The notes under the pieces are model-generated. The model saw nothing but the letters and a program-made list of their open reading frames with translations. It was not told the DNA's origin and did no database searches. 64,000 nucleotides of DNA from Macrostomum lignano (lineage: Eukaryota): the NCBI GenBank assembly GCA_002269645.1, contig NIVC01001069.1, forward strand, positions 302,095 through 366,094. The letters are read 5' to 3'. The position numbers and the translations under genes were made by a program. This document shows positions 31,201 through 43,850 of the stretch, in pieces (position 1 is the stretch's first letter; each line of letters starts with the position of its first letter).

Positions 31201-34200
31201 CATTTGAGGTCAGAGGTCAACATTTGAGGTCAGAGATCAACATTTGAGGTCAGAGGTAAACATCTGAGGTCAGAGGTCAACATTTGAGGTCAGAGGTCAA
31301 CATTTGAGGTCAGAGGTAAACATCTGAGGTCAGAGGTCAACATTTGAGGTCAGAGGTCAACATGTGAGGTCAGAGGTCAACATTTGAGGTCAGAGGTCAA
31401 TGTTTAAGGTCAGAGGTCAACATTTAAGGTCAGAGGTCAATATTTGAGTTTAGTGATCAACATTTAAGGTCAAGAAAGGGGTCAACAGTTGCACTTCAAG
31501 ACAAGACAAATTTTAGCAACAGACTCCTTGAAAACCCCGAAAAACTCACGCTGTGTTGAGCCGAGTACTGCAACAGTCGTCAACGTCCAAAATGCTGGTA
31601 TATTGGGTGTCGGCCAAGATTTTCTTCAATAGCGGCGTGCAGATGCGCTGGGCGATAACCAGCTTCTCTTCCCTGGTGATGCCGTACTCGCTAGGCACAA
31701 CAATGTCTGCCATGCTCCTGGCCATCAGGTACAGCCGCCAGGCCTCGTCCAGATCCAGCAGTACACGATCGTTGTGCATCAAATCGTATTTGATATTATC
31801 GTAGATATCTGGCACTTTGGAGAACACGAACTGCCCGCTGTTGTTGCCTGATCGGAAGTCTTTGACCAGCTTGCGCCAACGCTGCAAGGCCATGTCCCAG
31901 GTCTCGTCATGATAGAGCTGGAACCTGGCCCAATGAGGGTCCTTGGATCGTTTCTCCAGCCTGTCGCAGATCGCCTGCATGCAGGCGTGCATTTTGCAGC
32001 AAACTCTGGCCGGATTGGCAATGCTGTACATCGCCTGCAGCAGGGAGGCGGTGCGGTCCGGAGCCAGCTGCTTCACGTCCGACTCTGTCCAATTGCGGTC
32101 CACTTCTAGAGAGGCCTGGTGGAGTTCGAGAGGTGGATTTGGGGTGTACAGTTGCTACTGCAAGACTGACTGGTACACATGGAGGGTGTACAGTTGGTAC
32201 TGCAAGACTGACTGGTACACATGGAGGGTGTACAGTTGCTACTGCAAGACTGACTGGTACACATGGAGGGTGTACAGTTGCTACTGCAAGACTGGCTGGT
32301 ACACAGAGGGTGTACAGTTGCTACTGCAAGACTGGCTGGTACACAGAGGGTGTACAGTTGCTACTGCAAGACTGACTGGTACACATGGAGGGTGTACAGT
32401 TGCTACTGCAAGACTGACTGGTACACATGGAGGGTGTACAGTTGCTACTGCAAGACTGGCTGGTACACAGAGGGTGTACAGTTGCTACTGCAAGACTGGC
32501 TGGTACACATGGAGGGTGTACAGTTGCTACTGCAAGACTGGCTGGTACACAGAGGGTGTACAGTTGCTACTGCAAGACTGGCTGGTACACAGAGGGTGTA
32601 CAGTTGCTACTGCAAGACTGGCTGGTACACAGAGGGTGTACAGTTGCTACTGCAAGACTGGCTGGTACACAGAGGGTGTACAGTTGCTACTGCAAGACTG
32701 GTGCAAGAAACACAGTTAGGAGTACGAGACAACCATCATTATAATTTTAAAGAACGAAAAATGCACCTTTATCTTCTCTTTAACCACGGCCATATACTGA
32801 GTAGCGTCATTGTCCGAATCCAGCAGGCCATTGGTGTGAGCCGACTTCACCATCTGCACCAGGATGGGGGTCAGGGGGCCCTCCAAATCTAGGAAGCCTT
32901 TGGCGAACGCGGCCGCCGTGGTCTGGACCCGACCCTCGTCGCTTGCGTAGATTTTCAAATCGTGCCGGTAGGTGGAGTGAAGCCGGAGCAGTCCGAGGCC
33001 GTCTTTCTGCGAGTAACTCTCACCGCCTGGGTAGATCACCCTGTGTATGGTGGCACAGTGAGTGATGTACAGCAGACTTAATGAGTGATGTACAGCAGAC
33101 TTAATGAGTGATGTACAGTAGACTTAATGAGTGATGTACAGCAGACTTAATGAGTGATGTACAGCAGACTTAATGAGTGATGTACAGCAGACTCAGTGAG
33201 TGATGTACGGCAGACCCAGTGATTGATGTACAGTAGGCTCAGTGATGTACAGTGGACACAATAGGTAATGTACAGTAGGCACAGTGGGCGGTGTACAGGG
33301 GTACAGTGATGTACATTAGGCACAATCAGTGATGTACATTAGGCACAATCAGTGATGTACATTAGGCACAATCAGTGATGTACGCTCCTACAGTAGGTAA
33401 ACTCCATGTTTTAGAGTAGCTACCTGAACGCTCTGCCCAGCTTCTCCGCCTGCGACCGTCCCTCATCCGTGAGCTCGCCGCCCCATTTGAGCACAAGCAG
33501 CAGGTGCCCGGTGTCCCTAGAGGCCGGTTCAGGCGGATCAGTCATCGACTCGTGACCCTTCTTCGGTGTGAACTTCAATTGAGCCTTCCTGTTGATGCCG
33601 CTGAAATGGCCGTACATCTCGAGCACCTGTCTGACCTGTTTGAGCTTCAGCCGGTTCTCCTTAATTCCGTGATGATGCGGGTTCTCGGCAATTACTTGGA
33701 GCAGCTCGCGAACCACATCGAGCAGTTCCTGCATCACAGTTGGTTTTTTTAATTTGGCCTCAGTGGGAGTCACCCGGTGCCGGTTGAATAGGCTAAAGAA
33801 CCGACTGTGGAACACCTCCACTTTCACCTGCAGGAGTCAGTAGTGATTAATGAGTGATAATCGAGAGTAGCGGATCACTAACACGCCTGAACTTCCTATC
33901 AAAGTTCCGTGTGAGTTTGCATTGACATGGGTCAGAGGAGTGGACATTGCCACCTCACACCTTTGAAGGGTCCATGCTCCCATTTTGTTAGGCTCTTTTA
34001 TACTCTAAAAACAATCAACCTCCTCCCTATGCTGCCTCACGCTCTTAAAACACCCACCACCCTATTCCGCCTAGCCCCTCACGCTCTTGAAAACCCACCA
34101 CCCACCCCATTCCGCCCGGCTGCCTTACGCTATTAAAACACCCACCACCCCATTCCGCCCGGCTGCCTTACGCTATTAAAACACCCACCACCCCATTCCG

Positions 34201-37200
34201 CGCAGCCCCACACACTCTTAACTAACCACCCCATTCCGCCCGGCTGCCTCACACTCTTACAACACCCACCACCCCATTCCGCCCGAAGACCTCACGCTCT
34301 TAAAACACCCACCACCCCATTCCGCCCGAAGACCTCACGCTCTTAAAACAACCACCACCCCATTCTGCCCGACCACTTCAAAACACCCACCTCCCTCCCC
34401 TATTCTTTATTATGGCAGGGCGATGCACATACCTTCTGTTTAGGCGTTCTATCGCCGTGTCTGATAACAGCGATAACGCATCGCAATTCCATAACTGTAC
34501 CGAAGGTTGTTCTAATCAACGGCGGCTTATCCATTTTAGGATAATTGATTGACAAAGACAGTGACGGTGCAATCGCTGACGTAACCATCACGCCAAGCAT
34601 GAAAGCGCAATCGTCATAATACTTTTTCGAGCTTTTTACAAAACTAAATCCGTTTACATCGCAGACGTACGATACTCCGTTAGCTCTGAGCAGATCGAAG
34701 CCGCAAACGTTTTGATTAAACGCTTCGACCACCTTCTTGGCGATAATTTTCTCCTTGGCTGACAGTATAATTGGATAACGCATCTCTTTGCCCTCTGGAT
34801 CTCGTTCGACTTTGCCGTCAAGTGCCGGCGATTTTCGAGCCTCCGCGTGGGCGTAATCCTTGCCGATAGCGTACACCTGGGGTGTGGGGCGTGATGGCGA
34901 GTATATCAATCATAAATAACCATTTCATGACGCCAAAAACACAACATGCCCGATGAAAACGGTCGTTGAATTTCAAAAAAAGTCGTCAATTCAAAGCGTT
35001 TTATTGTCCGTGACTCTAAAACTACTCTGGGCGACGCAAGTGACTCAGGGGCCTTGTATAACTTGACTCTGAGGCCGTAGAGTCGTATCTGAGGCGCGCT
35101 AGAGTCGCTGTAGAATCAATGAGCTGCGTGTAAACCACATTAGCGTCACTTTATGAATCAAAATTGAATTTCGCATTTATAAAAACTTTATTTAGTCTAC
35201 TTGAGTTGATAGAAAGATAGATACCAACCGACAAACCATTTTAGTACGAGTATATGGATGTCACGGTAACGTTTTCAATGGGATGTTGCTTCCTAGAGTC
35301 ATGGCATCTTACATTTTTAATAAGACACTCGAAAAAGTGGCTCAAAGATATTGCATTATTTACAAACTCCATCCACTTCTATTGGTTGGCAATAGAGCAT
35401 TGAATACTGTTCCTAGCTGGGGTGAAAACAAAATTCCTGTGTGCCAGATAAGATTAATTTAAACCCGAAAGCAGGACCGTTTATCAGATAATTAACTCTT
35501 ACTTCAATTAGGTAGGGTTGTTAGGTAGGCATTTATAGGACATAGGTGTGGGATAGATTGTAGGAAGGTTAAAAAGTATAAGAACTTCAGATGGGTAAGC
35601 AGGTAAGTAGCCATTGTAGGGTTGAGCAGACATCCGAGTAATATCCCATTGGAACTAACCTTCACATCGGTGCCATCCGTAGCCATGAAGTCCTCGTACA
35701 CGTAGCTGCCGTGGTTGCGCACCCGGCTGTCGCTGTGGTAGGTGCTGCTTCTGTCGCCAATCTTGCGAAACAGACGAACTGAACCGCCTCCAGCTGAGCT
35801 GGGAAAATAAATATGAATATTGTGATTCTCAGCGTCCAGCGGCTTCTCAACAAACGGCTTCTGAAAGGCGACGCCATTCACCGAGATGCTGTCGTCCTGT
35901 TCAACTAAGCCGGAGCTTGAGCTCTCGGATTCTGCTGACCAATTGTAAACAGCGTGTCGAACTACCGGTATGTCGCGCTCTTGCAGCACTCGGTAAACTT
36001 TCTGACGGTCCATTAGAATATATTGGGAGCGCAGATCGTTAACCAGATAGGGCTTGTGCAAATCGGCGTACCTGGGATAATTAGCGAAGTTCTAGGGTAA
36101 GAGAGTGATGTGGTGGGTTCTAGGGTAAGGGAGAGGTGGCGGGTTCTAGGGTAAGGGAGTGGGGTGGTGGGTTCTAGGGTAAGGGAGTGAGGTAGTGGGT
36201 TCTAGGGTAAGCGAGTGAGGTAGTGGGTGTTAGGGTAAGGGAGTCAGGTGGTGGGTTCTAGGGTAAGCGAGTTAGGTAGTGGGTTCTAGGGTAAGGGAGT
36301 GAGGTGGCGGGTTTTAGGGTAAGCGAGTGAGGTAGTGGGTTCTAGGGTAAGGGAGTCAGGTGGTGGGTTCTAGGGTAAGCGAGTTAGGTAGTGGGTTCTA
36401 GGGTAAGGGAGTGAGGTGGCGGGTTTTAGGGTAAGCGAGTGAGGTAGTGGGTTCTAGGGTAAGGGAGTCAGGTGGTGGGTTCTAGGGTAAGCGAGTTAGG
36501 TAGTGGGTTCTAGGGTAAGGGAGTGAGGTGGCGGGTTTTAGGGTAAGCGAGTGAGGTAGTGGGTTCTAGGGTAAGGGAGTCAGGTGGTGGGTTCTAGGGT
36601 AAGAAGGGAGTGAGGTGGTGGTTTTTAGGGTAAGCGAGTGAGGTAGTGGGTTCTAGGGTAAGGGAGTCAGGTGGTGGGTTCTAGGGTAAGAAGGGAGTGA
36701 GGTGGTGGTTTTTAGGGTAAGCGAGTGAGGTAGTGGGTTCTAGGGTAAGGGAGTCAGATGGTGGGTTCTAGGGTAAGGGAGTGAGGTGGCGGGTTTTAGG
36801 GTAAGCGAGTGAGGTAGTGGGTTCTAGGGTAAGGGAGTCAGGTGGTGGGTTCTAGGGTAAGCGAGTGAGGTAGTGGGTTCTAGGGTAAGGGAGTGAGGTG
36901 GTGGTTTTTAGGGTAAGGGAGTGAGGTGGCGAGTTCTAGCGTAAGGGAGTGAGGTAGTGGGTTCTACTTCTAGGGTAAGGAAGTGAGGTGGTGGGTTCCA
37001 GGAAATCAAAGAAATCGAAATTAGTAAAACAACAGCTATCTAACCTGATAGCTTTATCCAACGGAAATCCGTTCGAATAAAACGAGATTAACGCGTCGAC
37101 CACCGGCCAATCCTCAATCTCCGAGTTGAGTATGACAGACTCTTCGAATATAATGAGTCGAATATAGGGGAATCTGCATAACCGAGTTAGAATAGCCGTC

Positions 37201-37923
37201 ATGGGCTTGGACTTGACCTTCTTAGCCATGGCGCAGAGGCCAAGCAGGATTGGCCTACTGCAGCCTGGCATCTTTGGCGTTGGCGGCTGACTGGTGCAGC
37301 GGCTTCCAATACTGCGGCTTCGGCCGTCCGCTGCTGCTGTACCGCTTTTAGTAGCAGCAGTAGGCTCAATGGAACCGCTCCTCCGATGCTCGCAACTAGT
37401 ATTGACTACTTCTGCAGAAGAAATATTAGCAATATATATATAATATGTCGATTTAACCAGTGGGCTCTAGCCTATAAGCTTTTAGGAGCAGGAGATGTAG
37501 AGAGGCAGGGTGTTGCTGCTGGCACATTTATGTTCGAACAGGGCCTGGGCAGTTCTCTCACGCCCACCCCCTCACCTTGTCTTTCCTCTCCGCCTCCCCG
37601 CCAGCTCTGCTGTACTGATAAACCCGCTTCTCAGACTATCAGCCAACGAATAAGCTATTAATAGACTACTTTACTTGAGATTGAGAAGTACCTTCTCTAG
37701 ACTAAGATGGCGAAGTGGATTGTTCAAATAAAAATTAGGTTATGAATAAATGATGGAGGTACAGAGTAGGCTCACTGATTTGAAAGCGGGTCTGCTTCGC
37801 TGGAGACTTAGCTGGCGATGCCTCGGTTCCGGTTCCGGTTGCTGCCTGGTTGCTGCTGCTATGACCTTGTTGACTATGCTCAGCTCCCAGCTCTGCTTTA
37901 TTAACGTCCGGCTCTGTTGCCAT
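25226..37923 (-). CDS. PPIP5K: Inositol hexakisphosphate / diphosphoinositol-pentakisphosphate kinase (PPIP5K/VIP1)
   Basis: complement join(37776-37923,37045-37411,35660-36071,34433-34876,33424-33827,32767-33040,31550-32115,[30660-30704],28318-28792,27116-27497,26218-26448,25226-25749). All introns are GT-AG with matching phases; 1408 aa, or 1423 aa with the micro-exon. Motifs: [74 protein letters not shown] (His-phosphatase), [60 protein letters not shown]. The acceptor at 27497 and the low-complexity C-terminal exons are less certain. Confidence 0.92.
25820..26125. repeat. 21-bp minisatellite (ccccaggaagacacaccactt)
   Basis: Direct inspection; last PPIP5K intron. Confidence 0.92.
26455..27103. 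repeat. 20-bp minisatellite (agcagatctaatggcagtct)
   Basis: Direct inspection. Confidence 0.95.
27530..28290. repeat. 14-bp minisatellite (gcactagtcactct)
   Basis: Direct inspection. Confidence 0.95.
29140..29715. repeat. Telomere-like ~18-bp minisatellite (cctaacctacaacctaaa)
   Basis: Direct inspection; ends in ccctaa units. Confidence 0.85.
30190..30595. repeat. 20-bp minisatellite (acatcgacacctgtcaatca)
   Basis: Direct inspection. Confidence 0.9.
30660..30704 (-). CDS. PPIP5K: 45-nt frame-preserving micro-exon of PPIP5K
   Basis: cttctctactttacAG|T ATG TCG CAG GAC CTG CTG ACC CCC GAT GAG TCA CAC TTC CTC CC|GTGAGT; phase 2-2, matching the flanking exons. Confidence 0.7.
31000..31470. repeat. 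20-bp minisatellite (catttgaggtcagaggtcaa)
   Basis: Direct inspection. Confidence 0.92.
32140..32700. repeat. 40/43-bp minisatellite (gggtgtacagttgctactgcaagactggctggtacacaga)
   Basis: Direct inspection. Confidence 0.95.
33055..33390. repeat. ~23-bp minisatellite (gtgatgtacagcagacttaatga)
   Basis: Direct inspection. Confidence 0.85.
34040..34390. repeat. ~45-bp minisatellite containing aaaacacccaccacccc
   Basis: Direct inspection. Confidence 0.82.
36095..36995. repeat. 28-bp G-rich minisatellite (gggttctagggtaagggagtcaggtggt)
   Basis: Direct inspection; fills PPIP5K intron 2. Confidence 0.95.
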
Positions 37924-39714
37924 CAAATTTCTAGCAAAAACAAAAATACAAACAAATACTAATAGTCGAAGCTCTTAGGCCGAGGTTACCAGGACATTTT
38001 CTTATTTTTCTTGCTATAATAAAAACATATTCAAGCCGTTGAGATAGATTTCTCCTGTTAAAAAAAAGCAAATGACTAATAGCCTCACTCACTTCTCAAT
38101 TGAAAGCCGTTACTAAACGTTTCCTTCTAGTTTGCAAAGAAAGCAGCGAAAAAACGAGTTAAAGCTTGGATGGACTTAGTAAAGCCGTCCTGAACTGCTA
38201 AGGCTTTACTTTAAGCTGAAATCGCCGCCGCGGAATAGAAGCAAGGGTTTTTGAAGGGGTGGCGGGCCGTCCGAAAGCGGGACGCGATCTCATATGTACA
38301 TTTCTGTTTAAGGTGGGGGGAGAGAATCGTGGGGTTAACTGTGTACATTCAGGACAAACCCTATGTACACTACGGGCATCACTTGAATTCAGATGGGCTT
38401 CTACTTTACTCGCGCGTGGGTCATGCTGAAATTCCTTGCCCCCGCCGCGAGTGTAGGAAGGAGGAGAGTTCCAAGGTCTCCCAACCCCTTACCCCTCCTT
38501 TTCACACCCTAGTCCCCCAGCTGGGTGTACAGGCGCGCTTGGGCGTACAGCCAGGCTCTCCTTTCCTATCCTTTCTTTTTCGCTAATTATAAATAAAAAG
38601 TGCATTCTATACTACCCAACTAAGTAACACATGTTCATGAAATGCGCGCGACGAAAAAAATTTCATCGATTTTTAAATTGCTCTTCATTCGTTTCCTCGG
38701 TTGCTGACTGTAAAACTGCGAGCGTAATATGTAAAACAAGATCTATACCATGAAGGCTACATTTAAGAGACAGAACTAAACAGTAGCATTAAAACTTTAA
38801 ATCGTAACTTTTCATATTAATTTTTATCTAATTCAAATTTAATCTAATTTAATTTTAACTCTTACCACATAGGCAGAAGAGGTATTTAAAGATGGTAATT
38901 ATGCTACAAAGAGACCCCCCTCCCTCCAAGATAAGAATCCTGACTACTCCATTAGAAGAAAACAGCTTTCTCGCTCCAAACCTGAAAACGTTTTTTTCTC
39001 ATTATGGGATGTATCGCATCTGTCTTAGAAAGACAAGTTCGTAGCAAATATTTTTGGAACCTTTTTGGGCGCGTCAGCTTCTGGGCGCGCGGCAATCACG
39101 GAGTTTTATTGGTTAAAAATTCGAATTCAAATTGGTGAATGAAAAGGAGCATTGTTAAAGTCAGATAAATAACATTTAACTTCATTAAAACACATTTAAA
39201 CACATTATAAACGTTTCTTTATAGAATTTAAGTGTTCATTGTTATTTTCTCCTGAAAAGACACAACTATTCGCATCCGACATGCATACCTGCCTAGACTA
39301 CCACTCAGTAGTATGGTAAGGTAAATATATTTAACATGACTGTAAGTTTCAACAGAAAAATGACATCATCTGCAAGGTTGCTGCATTTGTCTTCTATGCA
39401 ACAATTAGCTCTGATTAATCTTACCCGTAACCGATTACGAGGTCTACTTAGAGATTTAAATGTGGCCCAATAACCCCAGGTCATAACATATTTCTACCTA
39501 AAGGCCCAATCATCTTGCTGGGGGCGCTCTGCTTTTAGTAGAAACAAGACCAGCCAAGAAACCGATTTCAGAATATTACGTTCGGACCCTGTTTGCTGAC
39601 AGACCCAAACTGGCGTATATACCGCCCCAACACCCCGCCCCCAGGCTCCCTGCCTCATCGTTGCCCAGATTTCTCCCAACTCGGGCTGGAATGTTTTTTA
39701 TAAAGTTAAGGAAA

Positions 39715-40190
39715 AAATCCTGTGGGGATATTCTCCCATCCGAGTCCCCCCTCCCGACGTGGGCAAAAGCGCGCCAGACGGTTTAAAAGCAAAAAATCCC
39801 CATCCGGATTGCGGCGTTTCAGCTGGTGCAGCAATTCTCGCTTCTTCGAACGAATTGCCTCCTCCCCAGGCCCCAAGCAGTCTGGCATGCCCTCATCCAC
39901 CTGAGAGTTTGGCCTAACCTGTTCCTCCTTCCGGCCAGAGCGATGCGGCCAGAGATCGAAGGAAAATAGCTGCGAAATGATCCAAATGCAGACCAACTGG
40001 CGGCGGAAAGAAAGCTGCGCTGCAGACTTTGTGGAATCTCAGAAAAATGTGGAGTGAAGGGGGGAGAATCGTGTGAAAAAAATCTGCAAAAATCACCAAC
40101 AGATGCCTACTAGATTTGTATCGATAGAGGACGAAAATGAGGACGCCCAATCTGGTTGAGACTTGCTCCGCCTCGGACTGCAATTGACAG
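39715..40190 (-). mobile_element. Highly decayed non-LTR retrotransposon RT remnant (tentative)
   Basis: Peptides EQVSTRLGVLI (YLG-like) and FCPRREGGLG (P..EGGLG motif downstream of RT) occur in the expected order but in different frames. Confidence 0.38.
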
Positions 40191-41634
40191 GGAGGAAAAG
40201 AAGCTCTCTACCTGAAATTATCCTTATACAGAGGCCCAGATTAGTACGAGATAGGAGTCTCTCACATCCTGATAAATTATATCCCTTTTTTCACCCTGAG
40301 ACCGTGAGAAGCGTGAGGCGTGACTATAGCTTAAGCCATGTCTAATTGAATAAGGCCAGCCCAACCGCCCAGCCGCCCAACCCCAAATTGCAGAGATAAA
40401 AAATCCATGCAACTCTAGGGGTAGGTAAGGTTGGTGATCGTGAGGACTTCTTTGAAAAAAAGTTTTGAAGTCCCAGATTCCTGGGAATGGGAGGCCCACT
40501 TGTTCGTGATTAATGAGAGATGTCCTGCTGGATGAATCAGCTAAAAGAGAGAGAGCGAGAGAGTCAGGCTCCAAGCTGAGTAAGAAACTGCCGGTGGGGA
40601 TGCAACTTGCTCGTATCCCAAGAATGGGGATCAGTGGAGCAAGACAAGCTTCCTCAATTGAGTCTTCAATGATGTCAAGGTGAGCGCAATATGTCATCGG
40701 AAGTTATTTAACTGTCTCGGCTGTCTCTGCATGTTTCTCTACCATTGTTTGTCACATGGCTACCGGAGCGTTGAATGCGCTTCTCCAGTGTATTTCTTTT
40801 ATAAGTTGACCAGCGCAGTGTGACAGTTTAGCGTCACCGATACCCAATTTCGGTTAAGCTATAGACAGAACGTCGCAACGCACTTGTTTTTGCTGAATTC
40901 GTAATTTCAAGTTACAGACATGGCAGCGTTTAAAACTAAAACCATTAAAACTGAGATGAAGTCTTCCTTGTCAAAGTGATAGGGGAGACATGGGCCTGTC
41001 ACTGCTCTTCCCTCCCCCGTTCTGTTGACAATTGGAGACCCCAACCACAAAATCCACTCAAAAAAACTGGGAAACCACACTTGACCTTGACAAGCCGGCT
41101 TCCTTTTCGGAGCTTTGTTCTGCTCTAACCGCAGAATATTCACTAATAAATGGCTTCAGTAAAATAATGGCTCTATGAAAGCATAGGAGACTATCTAGCT
41201 AGCCCGAGCAAAAAGCAATTTTGGCGACGAGAGGGGTAGAAGCCAGACTAATTCTATAGACACTTATCCCACCGGGCTTCAGGCATGTTCGCCCCCCCCC
41301 CCCGATCCCTGTTGCAGCGCACCTTCTTACTTCCTCCACCCACATGGGACCGTGCGAATTTTGGCTGCATAGCATCAGCTGGGCCGGCGCTGTGAGCGGA
41401 ACACGAAAGCCCGCCAGCAGCACTGCGTGACCGGCTTTGTCAGTATAGAATATATTGGCTTCCATTCATGCATGAGGTGAGTTCGGAAATTACAACAAAT
41501 GAAACTAATTACAATCAGTTGCGTTTTATTGCTTCGTATCTACACTGCAGATTGATTAGTTTCACGAATTCCGAGAGGTAACGAGAACAGTTTTACACGA
41601 CCATAGATGTAGTCTGTAAGTTTTATCGAATATT

Positions 41635-42180
41635 TTAACCTTCGGGACCTTCGGGACCTTCGGGACCTTCGGGACCTTCGGGACCTTCGGGACCTTCGGG
41701 ACCTTCGGGACCTTCGGGACCTTCGGGACCTTCGGGACCTTCGGGACCTTCGGGACCTTCGGGACCTTCGGGACCTTCGGGACCTTCGGGACCTTCGGGA
41801 CCTTCGGGACCTTCGGGACCTTCGGGACCTTCGGGACCTTCGGGACCTTCGGGACCTTCGGGACCTTCGGGACCTTTGGGACCTTCGGGACCTTCGGGAC
41901 CTTCGGGACCTTCGGGACCTTCGGGACCTTCGGGACCTTCGGGACCTTCGGGACCTTCGGGACCTTCGGGACCTTCGGGACCTTCGGGACCTTCGGGACC
42001 TTCGAAACCTTCGAAACCTTCGGGACCTTCGGGACCTTCGGGACCTTCGGGACCTTCGGGACCTTCGGGACCTTCGGGACCTTCGGGACCTTCGGGACCT
42101 TCGAAACCTTCGAAACCTTCGGGACCTTCGGGACCTTCGAAACCTTCGAAACCTTCGGGACCTTCGGGACCTTCGGGACT
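41635..42180. repeat. 9-bp minisatellite (ttcgggacc)
   Basis: Direct inspection. Confidence 0.97.
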
Positions 42181-43269
42181 TTCTGTGGAATTTCAAAATG
42201 GAGATTTTTTAGATTTTGTAAAGATACAGAATGGAAACAGTCTGTGCTTCAATTTCATGGAAACATTTCAAATAAAACTGTGACGGAGGAAGCCCCATGG
42301 TAGCCCCATGGTAAACGACAGCTATTTATGCCACTCTATGCTGGACTCCATTATAGCCATAAGGTCTAGATTGGAAGCGACTGCACCGCATGTGCAACAG
42401 TTAAACTCCACTTGTGCAACTGCTTTATCAGCAGCTGTTTGGCATGCCCCTGTGTTGTTGACCATGCCATGCATTTAGTGGGGGCCAGCGAGCGCCACTT
42501 TCTCTGAAAGCAACAAAAAGCGGGAAACGACTTGAGCAATAAAAATCCTCCTCTTTGACCAAAAGCTCCCACTTTTCCAACCCAGAGTGGCCACTTTGTG
42601 GGGAAAGCCCGGGCCATTATTCACACTTTTACCCTGTTGCAGTCAAGCCGGAAAAATGCGCAGAAAAAAGCGCTGAAAGATTCCATAAGCCAGATCCCAG
42701 AGCTGCTTTTAAAAGCTGCATGCCCAAGAGGGGACAGGCTTGCTCTTTACAAAATCTGCCAGGCTCTATGATGAAGCATCTGGAGCTAAGAATGCAGGCA
42801 TCAAGTTTCTAAAGTCGCCAAAGGCTGACGCATATCGAGGATCGATGTCAAAAAAATTAATTAACCAACAGGGGCATGGGGCAGTCAGGTGACAAAGTTG
42901 CCTCGAGAGCAAAGAAATCCCCAGATGATTTGCACTGTTGGAATTTCGATTTGTCAAAAAATAAGCATAAAATAATATTATATGCAAATTTCTAGCCAAT
43001 GCAATTGCCTCGAAGTTATCTTTAACCCTGGAGAATTGACTTTGCGACAGTGAAAAGTGGCCAGTTGCAGTGCCAGAAGGCGAAGATGGCAGAAATAATT
43101 TAAATTTTTATTTAAATTAGCCTGAGTTTGACTCCGCTTGCATTCAGGCACATTAGGGATTTGGATTTCTTGCACGGAAATTCAGTCTGCGACGACCCCC
43201 ATGAGGGTCAATCTCCAACGCGCAGAGTGTACATTAATTTGGCCTATTTCAAGCCTTGCTCGTCGAATT

Positions 43270-43850
43270 CACAGGGAATGTCTATGGTCAAACCTGTGTG
43301 TTGTCTATGGTCCAACTTGCGTGTTGTGTATGGTTCAACCTGCGAGCTGTCTATGGTTCAACCTGCGAGCTGTCTATGGTCCAACTTGTGTGTTGTCTAT
43401 GGTCCAACTTGCGTGTTGTGTATGGTCCAACCTGCGAGCTGTCTATGGTTCAACCTGCGAGCTGTCTATGGTCCAACTTGTGTGTTGTCTATGGTCCAAC
43501 TTGCGTGTTGTGTATGGTCCAACCTGCGAGCTGTCTATGGTTCAACCTGCGAGCTGTCTATGGTCCAACTTGTGTGTTGTCTATGGTCCAACTTGCGTGT
43601 TGTGTATGGTCCAACTTGTGTGTTGTCTATGGTCCAACTTGCGTGTTGTGTATGGTCCAACCTGTGTGTTGTGTTGTGTATGGTCCAACCTGCGAGCTGT
43701 CTATGGTCCAACCTGCCAGCTGTCTATGGTCCAACCTGCGAGCTGTCTATGGTCCAACCTGCGAGCTGTCTATGGTCCAACCTGTGTGTTGTCTATGGTC
43801 AAACCTGCGAGCTGTCTATGGTCCAAACGGTGCGCTGTCTATGGCTCAAC
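43270..43850. repeat. ~23-bp minisatellite (tgtctatggtccaacctgcgagc variants)
   Basis: Direct inspection. Confidence 0.92.

Noticed and set aside
38251-38603. Solo-LTR-like segment (TG...AATAAA...CA)
   Set aside because: No TSD, PBS/PPT or second copy in the window.
41540-42283. Collagen-like (GPS)n and protamine-like (RRS)n ORFs
   Set aside because: Translations of a 9-bp repeat with no signal peptide, flanking domains or splice context.
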